Assembly: GCF_032062105.1 (NCBI RefSeq)
Contig: NW_026933693.1
Span: 248,001 to 312,000, forward strand
DNA length: 64,000 nt
Reading direction: 5' to 3'
Source: Saccostrea cucullata
Taxonomy: Eukaryota
Positions 49,201 through 59,654 of this stretch are shown piece after piece (the first letter of the stretch is position 1; every line of letters begins with the position of its first letter). Under the pieces are notes generated by a model. It made no database searches, was not told the DNA's origin, and was given only the letters and a program-made list of their open reading frames with translations. The position numbers were made by a program, and so were the translations under genes.

Positions 49201-52082
49201 ACTGAAATCACTATTTAATCTTCTCTTTATATTGGTGAAGGCCATTCTAACATTTCTTGCTCTGAAAGATACATGTAAAATATCATCTAAGCATTTTATA
49301 AGAGCAAGCTCTGAATCACGAACAAAATTTTACTAAATTGAGAAAACAATTAACTTTCAAAGACATTAGTCTGAGGGTGTTAATTATTCTGCCATTAATC
49401 AGTATTCCGTCCTGTGTTTTGTCTGTTTGCTGTGGATGTGTGTGGATTTCATTCAAAGTCTGTGTCAATATCTCTTAATTACCACGATTTGGGTGTAGTT
49501 TTTCGTATTTGTTTTTTTTTTCTTCTGTAGAACTGTAGTTAAAATGTTTTTTTTTTTTTTAAAAAGTTCATCAATTTTCTATTCATTAGTTGTGTTTGAA
49601 AACTAAACGTTTGTCTTATGCACCATGCTGTGATGTGTAGCACGTACATTCCGTAACATGAAGAATCCAGTTGATTCATTGATTTTCTGATATCTTGTCT
49701 ATGCATTATTGAACAGTGTGTGTGGGATTAATATATCTTAATTGTTCTAAGTAATTACGTGATTGACAACACAGTTGATATTTATTCAGATTGCATTAAT
49801 TACATTTTTTCCATATACAGCCTCTATTTTACAAACTTTTTTTTTTGTTACTACGTAAGGTTCATGATCAGCAGAAAGTCTAAGTCAAAAATAAATCTGA
49901 AAACCTGTCTATCAAACTAACAGGTATTGTACATGACTTTCAGAAAGAACTAGAGGAGTTTGGGGCAGCTATTGCAGATGAGGTGACAATTTTGCACACT
50001 TGGTCTTTGCATGAAAAAATGCATGATGTTTAGTTCCTGTAAAGATTCTTATGTAGAGATTTAAGTTAAACCCGATATGCTTGTTGACTTCCCTGGCAAT
50101 TGTACTCATGTTTTTTTTGGAGGGGGGATGGGGTGGGGGACTTACATTTGTTTTTTTCTGAGACGTAGCCTTTGCATGATAACTTCAATACATGTATCAA
50201 TGTTTGGTTTTGTTACGATTGTGTTTCCACTTAGCATGTTGCATTGATGCAAAGATTTAGATGAAAGATACAAAAAATTAGTTACATATGTGTCATCTAA
50301 AAAGAAAAATTACCATGTTGGAATAATGGAGTTTTGAAACAGATATTAAAAAAAATAATTTACAGGTGTTGATAATTTTTTTGAATTATGATTTTTTTGG
50401 GGGGATGGGGGATGAAGTTTGGGTAGTGATGAATCTTTAAGGCTTGTCTTATTAATATTACATTCTTTCTTTCATGATTTGATTTTTGTTTGTTGAAATT
50501 GCTTTCATTTATTTGGTTATTTCTATATTTTATATATTTTGTAGTCATTTAACTTTTTTTTTGCATTTAGATATTAACTTATTATTCATTTTAATTAATG
50601 TGAAGTTTACATGACAATAAATAATTTAATCCACTGCAACCATATTCTCAACATCTTTGATGTAATAATGGTAAATCAATAACGACCTTGATAAGTTATG
50701 ACTTCTCTATATATGACATTTGCATGCCATACAAAATCAATTACTGTTCATTTGCCCTTGGATGTGGATTAATGATGTGTGATGCGATAAATTTCATTTA
50801 TTCAAAGAAGATGCTGAGTCACAATGTATAATACTATCTTTACATTTCACAGCAACAAGAGAAAAGTCGGAGGGAAAAAGAAGAGAAAGAACGTGAAGAA
50901 ATGGAAAGGAGATTAAATCAGGAGCGAGAAGAAAAAGAACGCAGAGAGTGGGAGAGACGAGATCGAGAAAGAAGAGAGCGGGAAGAAAGAGAGCGACAGG
51001 AGGAAGAGAGGCGGAAAAACGAAGAGGCGGACTGGAAATTAACGCTGGAAAAAGAGAGGCTCAAACACGAGCAGGAACAGAGAGATAACGAAGCGAGGCG
51101 GCGAGAGGATCAGCAGCGGCGTGAGCGGCAGGAACAGGAACGCAGGGACCGTGAAAGACAGGAGCAGGAGCGCAGGGCCAGGGAGGAGCGAGAGAGAGAA
51201 GAGATGGATGAAAAACTACAGGCAGAACGGAAGAAAAAGGACGATCTGTTAGCAAAGTTAAAGGATATTGATGAAGGAAAGAATAAGAGCAAGGGCCCCG
51301 AGAAGAAGGAGGTGGATACATTCTTTGTTACGTCAGGAAACGTGGATGTTGGGGATAAGAAAACAGACAAAAATAAGAAAAAGGAGAAGGAACCCGACAA
51401 TTTCTTGTTTTCTGCAAGTCGGAAGGACAGTGATGGGGGCCTAGGATCAGCCTCCAGTAAAAGTAGCTACACGTTTTCTAAACCAATTGAAAATATGCAT
51501 TCAGGCAAACCGGCAAGAGATGATGTGACTGTTCCATATATTGAAAAGAAGAAACAACAGAAGGCTCAGGAAGATGTGGATGAATTTGGTGGATACATGC
51601 CGTCATTCTCCAGCAACAAAACAACATCGAAAACGACAAAGAAAAGTGGAGGAATTGTGTTCAATGACGACTTTTTGTCATCGAAACCTCCACCAAAAAA
51701 GACAAATAAAAAGAGTGATTTAATGTCAGATCTATTCGGCAAGCAAACAAAAACTACTAGTCAAAATATAGATGACGATGATATCTTTAAGCCATCCACA
51801 ACTAAGAAAACAACCACCGTGAATTCATCTAATAAGAGTTCTTTCCCTTGGGATGACGATGATTCAAAAACTACAGCAAAGAAACCTGCCACAAAGCGTG
51901 AGAATTCCACCAGCGCGTTATTCGGAGGTGGAAGTGCTCTCATTGATGATGACTTTTCTACAAAAGACTCCTCTAAAATGTTACCAAGGCGCCCGCGGCA
52001 GACAACCACCACATTCCAGGCCAGGCCCGCGGTGACTGCGGTAGATCATTATGATGACGATATTGAGGAGGTTATTCTGTAA
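37256..52082 (+). CDS. LCA5: Lebercilin (LCA5/LCA5L family) ciliary coiled-coil protein, ~840 aa
   Basis: Exons 37256-37358, 42587-43098, 44868-45005, 45374-45583, 46269-46391, 48312-48488, 49944-49982, 50853-52082, with consistent phases. Motifs RMMSAKNLKLNELRNQ, ENKLLKKMQHRQEKAL.KYE..E.ELPQII.RH.NEVR.LK and EKDKELQIKNIYANR, plus C-terminal DDIEEVIL, match lebercilin as I recall it. Confidence 0.88.
37329..37510 (+). repeat. Three ~69-bp tandem copies of the LCA5 exon-end/donor junction
   Basis: ggggcaggaactt..ggaagt..aa.ccag|gtaaaa..atacat at 37329, 37397 and 37467. Confidence 0.9.
38430..38521. repeat. Hairpin with 29-bp perfect stem, probably the end of an interspersed element spanning ~37665-38540
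   Basis: ttgtgtgatttgatattggctttatccaa / ttggataaagccaatatcaaatcacacaa. Confidence 0.85.
43110..43425. repeat. ~39-bp minisatellite immediately after an LCA5 donor site
   Basis: About 7 copies of aaatacagatatcaggggtaacaaaggtgtatacaggga. Confidence 0.9.
43438..43652. mobile_element. TA-flanked MITE
   Basis: ta|ccgtaaatctggaaa ... tttccagatttacgg|ta. Confidence 0.8.
45828..46036. mobile_element. TA-flanked MITE (CTGTA...TACAG group)
   Basis: ta|ctgtagatca ... tgatttacag|ta, with cgcga-rich interior. Confidence 0.65.
46470..47768. mobile_element. Non-autonomous Tc1/mariner-like element (1.3 kb) containing a nested MITE
   Basis: ta|cgagggtcattcaaaaagttcgtagac ... gtctacgtattttttgaatgaccctcg|ta. 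Confidence 0.85.
47252..47468. mobile_element. Nested TA-flanked MITE
   Basis: ta|ctgtaaaccaacttttattcgcga ... tcgcgaataaaagttggtttacag|ta, 24-bp perfect TIR. Confidence 0.9.
48907..49112. mobile_element. TA-flanked MITE
   Basis: ta|ctgtagaagtacttttttcca ... tggaaaaaagtatgtctacag|ta. Confidence 0.75.
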
Positions 52083-53331
52083 TGGTTTTGTAATTTATGA
52101 AAAATGTTCTGTAGTTTAATATTTAAGGAAGAGATATTTTTCTAATTTAATACTGTATGTATGGAAAACTGTGTATAGGATCTTATTTTTTCTATAACTG
52201 CACATTTATGAAATTTGAATAACTGTCTTGCATTTTGTTTTCGTTCATTTTTCGTCAAGTGTAATTGCAAGGCAGGTCTCTTTGATTCGTTTCACTTTGT
52301 TTTATTCAAAAAAATGTTGAATGAAGCATATTACCGCTATATACTCTGTGTTACAAATTTCTATTATTAATCTTTTTCTTGAGAAAAAAATAAGGTAAAA
52401 CATAACTTATCAGATTTCACCTGTTGATATGTAATGAGAGAAAGTTTTGTGCCATTCTGTCATACTTACAATCTTTGTATGTGTTTGAGTCAGTCCATAC
52501 AAATGTTTAGATAGGAAGATAGATTTATACTGGTGCCAGGTTTTCTAGCTGTGTTGTGATGTTACAGGGTCTGTAGTGCAGATGTACTTATTTGTAGATT
52601 ATATACTCATCTCTATATTCTGTCAGGAAAGCCCCCTCCCCCCCTTCAAAGTGATCTATGGAACACCCCCAAGACACAGGTCCCCTTATACAACAATCAA
52701 TCACGTCATTCTTGGTTGTGAGTTCTAATGTGAATATTTTTCTGTATGATTTCTTATTGTGCTATATTTATTAGTGTTGGTGCATGTGAGACATGAAAAT
52801 TTATATTTCACAGTTCATCACAAAATTAGTTAGTAGAAAAAAATAAAATTCAGATTTATATATCAGCTTTAAGTATATCAGACTCATCTTTATAAAGAAC
52901 AATATTTCATAGTCCTGTTACATATTCCGCATATCCTTTATAATTCATTTATATGTTTCTCCTTTTGCTTCAGTCCAGTATCTGTGATATTGCGGTCAGT
53001 CCGTCCAATCTGTATTTAGTGATAGAGTAGCCAAATAGACCACATTGTACTTTCTTTTACAGCCAAATGTTTTTACAGTTTGTATGTATTATTTATTGTT
53101 CAAATTTTTAATTTCAATTTGAGTACTATATTTTTATTTTATTGAAATTTCTGCTTAATATCTAACTTTGAACAATCATTTTTTTTTTTATTTATAATCA
53201 TATATAATTCAAAAGAAACAAGAAATGAAAAACTTGAATTTCAGTGGATCTGAAAATCAGCCAATCACCATTGCGCGCAGTATGTTTATATATATATACA
53301 TTTGTATATATGTACTACTGGTTCCTACAGA

Positions 53332-53900
53332 GGGTTTGTTCCCGTTTTGCACACATTTTAATTACAGGTAATTAAAAAATGTGTGAAAAACGGGAATTTG
53401 ACCAGGTGATATAATTACTTAGTTGCTATAGTCTATACCATACTAAGCTTAGTAAGTATGTGAAAGGTAAACTTATAGTGAAAAAATAAGAGAATAAACA
53501 CAAAGTTAATGTATTTGATTATCTGATGATCTTAACATCTTCTTGGCTTGGGCATTATTTTCAAATTACTTCTTATTCACTATTTTCTTTATTATATGTT
53601 ATATCTTTAATTCATTTAGAATTTTATCAAGATTGAAAAGTATATATTCTTTCTTTAAGAAATTGGACTTAACAATAAATAATATTAAAGAAAAATCCAA
53701 TATTTTCCCAAAAATACATATATAGAATTTTAATAAAATGCTTATAAAATTGTATTAAACCTCTTAAGAATGCATTAAGCTAAATCAGGTATTCACAGGT
53801 AAATCCAAACCAGAAATCAGACTATAATTGCTATCAAAACACACTTCACACCTATTGTTCTATACTAATTACCAAATGTGTGCAAAACGGGAACACACCC
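53332..53900. mobile_element. MITE with 27-bp TIRs and apparent 6-bp TSD (tacaga)
   Basis: tacaga|gggtttgttcccgttttgcacacattt ... aaatgtgtgcaaaacgggaacacaccc|tacaga. Confidence 0.8.
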
Positions 53901-54289
53901 TACAGAGCAGTGTACAGACAAACTGCTCCTTTATGTCATGTGTTTGTTATTTATGTGACAGAGTTTCTCTGTTTGTATATGACTGTATAATCTTTAACAA
54001 TCCAAAGATCCTATAAATAAAGATATATTAATTATAGACATCTATCATCTTTTTATATCAATTTGAAAATGTTGTTCTGGCATAGATGTTCAGGGTAACT
54101 TCCAGCATTTTATTCCAAAGAAAATCAGCTCAGCAAAGATACCCTATATTTGACATCCTAACGTTTTTGAACTAGAGATCTTCCTAGATTTTAAGATGCT
54201 GGAGGTTTAAGATCGAAACATATATATACAGCACACAAATTAAAAGACATTATATTATCTAACCAGGTGACTTTTAAGAATTTGTATGA

Positions 54290-54680
54290 TCTGTTCTGCA
54301 GTCTAGACTGGGTAACACTAAGAAGTGACACTGAGAGGTTATAGTTTCTGTAATACAGCCTAGACTAGGTTACACTACAAGTTGTAGGGTCGGTGATACA
54401 GCCTAGATCAGGCTACTCTAAAAAGTTGTAGATTCTGTATTACAGCTTAGTCCATATTACACAAAGAAGTTGTAGATTCTGTATTACAGCTTAGTCCATA
54501 TTACACAAAGAAGTTGTAGATTCTGTATTACAGCTTAGTCCATATTACACAAAGAAGTTGTAGATTCTGTATTACAGCTTAGTCCATATTACACAAAGAA
54601 GTTGTAGATTTTGAACTAATAAAGCCTAGACCATATCACACAGATATTATTGGTACTGTAATTTAGCCTAGATCAGACCC
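54290..54680. repeat. 44-bp minisatellite: four identical core copies with diverged flanking copies
   Basis: aagttgtagattctgtattacagcttagtccatattacacaaag at 54423, 54467, 54511 and 54555. Confidence 0.95.
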
Positions 54681-55523
54681 CAAGACCATAAAATGTGAAC
54701 AGACTTGTCAGAGTCAAAATTTCACATCAGTATAATTTTTGAAAAACCAAAACAAACCATAAGTTTTAATTTTTTTCACATATTTTAAATGGAACTCAAT
54801 GTATTCAAAATCAAAATTTGACTTGGTTTGATCTCAATTTATGGTCTTGGGACCAAGTTGCAGGCCATGGGTTGAATAGTTTATAGACTCTACACTTTTA
54901 CCAAAGATGGACTTTTAAAAAGCAGTTACTAATAATGAGTAGTACAAAACCATCAATTCAAAATTAGTTGTCAATTTTCAGAGATATTACCAGTTAATAT
55001 AACCATATCTTTCTTTGCATGAGCAACATTAGATATTATTCCCTCTTCTACAGATATTTTAAATTTGCTCATTCACATATCATGAAATTAAATGATAAAC
55101 AAATATTCTCTCAATATATTTTTTTATTTGAGTTAAAAATCTCCAACAATATACTGAAGTGTCCATACAAAAGCAAAACTTGCAAGCCAATGTTAATTGA
55201 GAGAAACATAAGGCAGTTTGCCAGGCAAGGTAAATTTTATTCAACAGCATATTTTATTTTTCAGAAATTTGTTGAAAATCGTTATAGGAAGGACAAAAAA
55301 TAATTAAACGTACATTAAAGATTTTCAAGGGAAAAATATTTATAAACTTGTATTCTTATGATTAAAGGAAATAATTTATGGAGGCAATCAGTAGCCATAA
55401 CTCTTCAACTTTGATTGTCCATCCAGTTCACCGTAGACACAATGTAATATCAAATCCAACATTAAATACTGTACTCTGGCAGTGTGTTAGTACCCTCCAT
55501 GACTAGGTTCAGTCTATATAAGA

Positions 55524-57452
55524 TCAGTCTAGCGGGATGTCATGAGGTTGTCTCTCAGTGGTAGGAATCTGTTGTTTTTCTTCCTCTGATTTTCTTAGAG
55601 ACCACAGGCTGGTGAATTTGTTTACAGCAGTACTACACGCTATGATCCAACAGGTCACTCCTAACCCACCTACAACAACCAAATGTCTAGTTCAAAGTTT
55701 TAAATAAAATTGACGAGAAATCAACATCATTTACTCATGAATAATGCTGTCATTGCTAGAGTCTGTCATATGTAGCACAGATAACTATATGGCATTTGTT
55801 ATTAAATTTCATAATAAATCATTTTCTTTTACTTACCAGGAATCCCTGTTGGAAAAGATACAATTTTATGAAATGGGTAAAACCAGTTCTCTGGGAACAT
55901 CAGCAATGGCTCGCTTCTGTTTGTTATAATAATCACCAACATTGTTAACGCCTAAAAAGAAGTATGATATTGTCAATGGAGGAATGAAATTCAATCTCCA
56001 CAAAAGTAGCAATGAAAACTATTCAATGAAGTCTTCTAATTAAGTACAGTGTTTTAATTATGGGGTAATATGATGTTTCTTTTTTTGAATTTTCAGTTTT
56101 ATTGCATATAACAGGCATGATCAAATAACTTCTATCATTTAATACAGGATTTACCCCTAAAATGTCTTTAGAAACAGTAATTTCTCTTAAACTTTTGCAT
56201 TTCAAAGGTTAACCATATCAATATTAAAAAAGGTTTACCTGAACAACATATATTCCTACTTTTACTCCTATATTAATGACAGCTATTTTGTTATTACGTG
56301 CTGTAGCTGTGAAGAGAAAATTAAAAGTGGTTAAAACTATCTATCATAAATTGCTCTATCTACTGTATAGGTTGTTAAATAATTTTGAGAAATACCTACC
56401 TAATCGTTTAATTTCTGCTGTGTGCTTATCTATTTTACGCTGTATCTTGGCATACTTGGCAAATTCCTCAGTCATACTTATTGTATCTTGTTCTAACTTA
56501 AGATCTTTGATTTCTGAGCGTATAATCATTTCACCATCTGTAACTTTGTAGACAATTTTACTTATCTGAAATGCATAAGCAAAAATTATAATCCAATAAA
56601 ACTCTTAAAATATTCACATAAAATCAGATATGATTACATGGTGTATGAAGTTTTAAATTATAAACTATAATAGCTGCTGATGACTGTCAACATTAACTTT
56701 AAAACCACTCGTTAATTAACCTTCATATGAAAAACATGAAATTTAATTTACAATGACCAAGGACGCAAAATATGCACAGTGATGCTAGTCATCATAATCC
56801 AAAATTAAATAATTAAAATCAAAACATCATTTACTAACAAGATTCAGTTTTAGGAGGATGTCTACTCTTAACCAGAGTCTTGATTACAAGATGACTTCTG
56901 CCTTTCGGTAACAAGTTGATATATTGGGTGTGATTTGACTTGGTTACGAATACAGGTTTCAAGTTTACCAAAATCCTTATTGAGAAAAATCTTTTTTTCT
57001 GTAAAATGTCAAATTCTGAGGGTAGGTCTACCACCTTTCTGGCTAACACTCTTCTGCGTACAATGTATGCCACTAACTTATAATCATTAATTAGGTAAAT
57101 TACAGTCAAATCTTGTTATCATGAATTTGATGGAACTGCATGAGTAAAACTTTGGGATTTTCAGAGGTTCAGGATATTGAGGTAAATACATGTATATATA
57201 AGGAAAAAGTGATCGTGTGTTAAGATTCAAGTACGTAGCATACATTTTGAGCTTAATGCCCTTGATCTGTTGATATTTGTTCCGATTCACAAAGAGTTGA
57301 TTATTCTTGATGCTACAAATTACAAAATACAAATGGTGAGAAACAAGAAATACACATCGTTAAATACTTACTAAAACTGATATTTTGTGGGAATATTTAG
57401 GTAAAAATTGAAACAGTATTACAGCAATAAATATAAATATCATAAGATACAT
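55524..57452 (-). CDS. GET1: Guided entry of tail-anchored proteins factor 1 (WRB/CHD5); 5 exons, ~191 aa
   Basis: Exons 57452-57372 (MYLMIFIFIAVILFQFLPKYSHKISVL), 56565-56400 (...RSEIKDLKLEQDTISMTEEFAKYAKIQRKIDK...), 56306-56239, 55951-55837 (EPLLMFPENWFYPFHKIVSFPTGIP), 55669-55524 (GGLGVTCWIIAC...*). Matches WRB motifs MxxEFAxYAxxxRKI, PxxWxxP, FPT and GG.G.TCW. Missed by the ORF track. Confidence 0.9.
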
Positions 57453-57603
57453 TTTTACACTCAATGAAAGAGAAAATATTCAATGTTGATAATTACTTTG
57501 AAAACCGAATGTAATTTGCGTATGATTAAGCGCAATGAAGACTGTGAGGAGAACTCTTTTGTAATGGAGATATTTTTCTGTCACTTTCCCGCAAAATATT
57601 GAA

Positions 57604-57630
57604 ATGGAAACAGGTTCATCTGTTTCAAAG
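57604..57630 (+). CDS. Candidate first coding exon (METGSSVSK) of an unidentified gene divergent from GET1
   Basis: AAAATGG start context and consensus donor AAG|GTAAGT, ~150 bp from the GET1 ATG. No downstream exon recognised in the window. Confidence 0.35.
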
Positions 57631-57761
57631 GTAAGTTTTCACATTTATGAATATTTTTCTCCCATAAATAAATAATTTTTACGTGAATCAAAACCTTTAC
57701 CTTTTGTTACCTTTTGAAAAAAATACTTACTTTGATAAAAATATGCGGAAATGTCTTTTTT

Positions 57762-57870
57762 ACAAATACAAATACAAATACTTTATTGGCACAAACACAA
57801 TTACAATAATTGGCAAATACATGCCTTTGCTTCTTTAATCAGGTTGGGCACACACCCCCAAATGGTCATT
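57762..57870 (-). mobile_element. Probable LINE/SINE 3' tail
   Basis: Minus strand ends ...gccAATAAAg(tatttg)3, a poly(A) signal followed by a short tandem tail typical of non-LTR retroelement ends. Confidence 0.45.
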
Positions 57871-58175
57871 TAACATATTTTATTTTATCTTAACCAATTA
57901 AATATGACGATCTTTTCCGAACTTGGGTCAAAAGACTGATTTAACTACGGAGGCGCACTAGTGTTAATTTTCAAAAAGTAAAATATCAGGAAGGGTAAGA
58001 ATTCGCTTTTATTTCGTTTATTTTGTATGCAATGGCTTTATTTATTTATTTTATTTTTTTTTTACAAAAATACGATATGCAGTGAATTCATGATAAAATA
58101 ACGCTCGAAAACTATAATCTTGGAATGAATTATTTAATCTAACACACATTATATATCAGGGACCTATATAGTAAT

Positions 58176-58846
58176 CAGGTCCGGCACAATCTCTTGATTA
58201 AGCTATATAGCTTTAAAAAGCTATATAGCTTTATTAAGGTATTCAAAATAGCTTGACAAAGCTATTTATATGCAGTTTTTCACAAAAACGTTTTTTGACA
58301 GAAATAAACAAAAAGTCGCAAGTATTTGACTATTCATGTATGTACTATGGACTATCAAAAATACAACCTAAATCATAGAAAGTTCTTACATTGCTGCTGT
58401 TGAATACTTTAAGCAAAATATGAATTTCCATTGTTTGAGTAGCTGTGTGTGCGGTGAGGCGTGGGTAAGTATGATTGCTTCTTATTGTGCTGAACTGTTA
58501 CTAATCAATTATCCTGTTGGCCATAACTGGCCTCCTTTATAATTTCATTCAAGAAATAACTGTGTAGTCACTCATCAATAGCCCCAAAACTGTTAAAACT
58601 TTGAGTACAAAGTCTCTCAAGGAGACGCAATTTGGTGAGTGTTTTTTACATGCATTGTATTTAGAAGAGAACAAAGTTTAATATTTCCACTGCACCTAGG
58701 TGCGACTTTTTGCACATGTTGAAAAAATAACGCATTTGAGAAAAAAGTCTGAGAAAATAGCTTAATCAAGCTATTCTGAATAGCTTAATAAAGCTATATA
58801 GCTAAATCAAGCTATATAGCTTAATCAAGAGATTGTGCCGGACCTG
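58176..58846. mobile_element. MITE with 36-bp perfect TIRs, CAG termini and 5-bp TSD gtaat (hAT5-like)
   Basis: gtaat|caggtccggcacaatctcttgattaagctatatagc ... gctatatagcttaatcaagagattgtgccggacctg|gtaat, with subterminal aagctatat repeats. Confidence 0.9.
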
Positions 58847-58937
58847 GTAATAGTATATAGGTCCCAGTTATTAAAATATTAAGGGAATTACCTTGGTCTT
58901 ATTAATGTTATATTTGATAGTTTGAAAAAGTGGTTAA

Positions 58938-59299
58938 AGCCATATATGGCGTATGTACAATGAAAATTATTGGACTAAAATTATAAGAACTTATTATTTG
59001 TATCATTACTTTATATAAAGATAGAACTTTTCCGTAAATTACAAAATCTAAATCTATTGCGTTATAAAGATATCACAATTTAATTTGGATTCTCGGAATT
59101 TTCTCCGACTTGGAAGAAAATACAAAAGATTTAAATAACACATTTCAGAGAAGATAAAATCGTATTATTAGATGAAACGAGTTCTCCGTGTTCAGAATTG
59201 TATGAAAAGCTTTAATTTAAATGAATCAACTATATTTCTTTACTTAATTTTGTATTTTTCAAAAATGTATTTTTTTTATCAGTTACGCCATATATGGCT
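58938..59299. mobile_element. TTAA-flanked MITE (Kolobok-like)
   Basis: ttaa|agccatatatggcgta ... tacgccatatatggct|ttaa. Confidence 0.8.
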
Positions 59300-59654
59300 T
59301 TAAAATAATTCCTAGTTTGAAAGAACAAGGATCGAGGAATGGAACCATGGGTTAATTGACAATTGTGTAGATAAATAAACAAGACACTGACAAGGTTATG
59401 AAATATTAAAACCGATGAAACTGAAACATTTAATTACTTACACTGGAAAAACATGCTAATTTCGTAAATTTCAGGAAAGCCACACTTTGATGCAGTAATA
59501 TTTAATATCCAAAAATGTTTCCTTAAGATTCTTTGCAAATGAGAGTATTGTTCATTTTCTCATGAGCTACAATGGATGAGCATGAATATCTATACTGTGA
59601 CGTGTCAGTGACTGACACCATATACATGTAATACCATTTTATATGTTAAAATTA

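Noticed and set aside
57731-57822. Alternative GET1 first exon (…VKKTFPHIFIK|GTAAGT)
   Set aside because: No in-frame ATG (the ATG frame hits TAA) and it overlaps a retroelement-like tail. Exon 57452-57372 gives an intact hydrophobic N-terminus.
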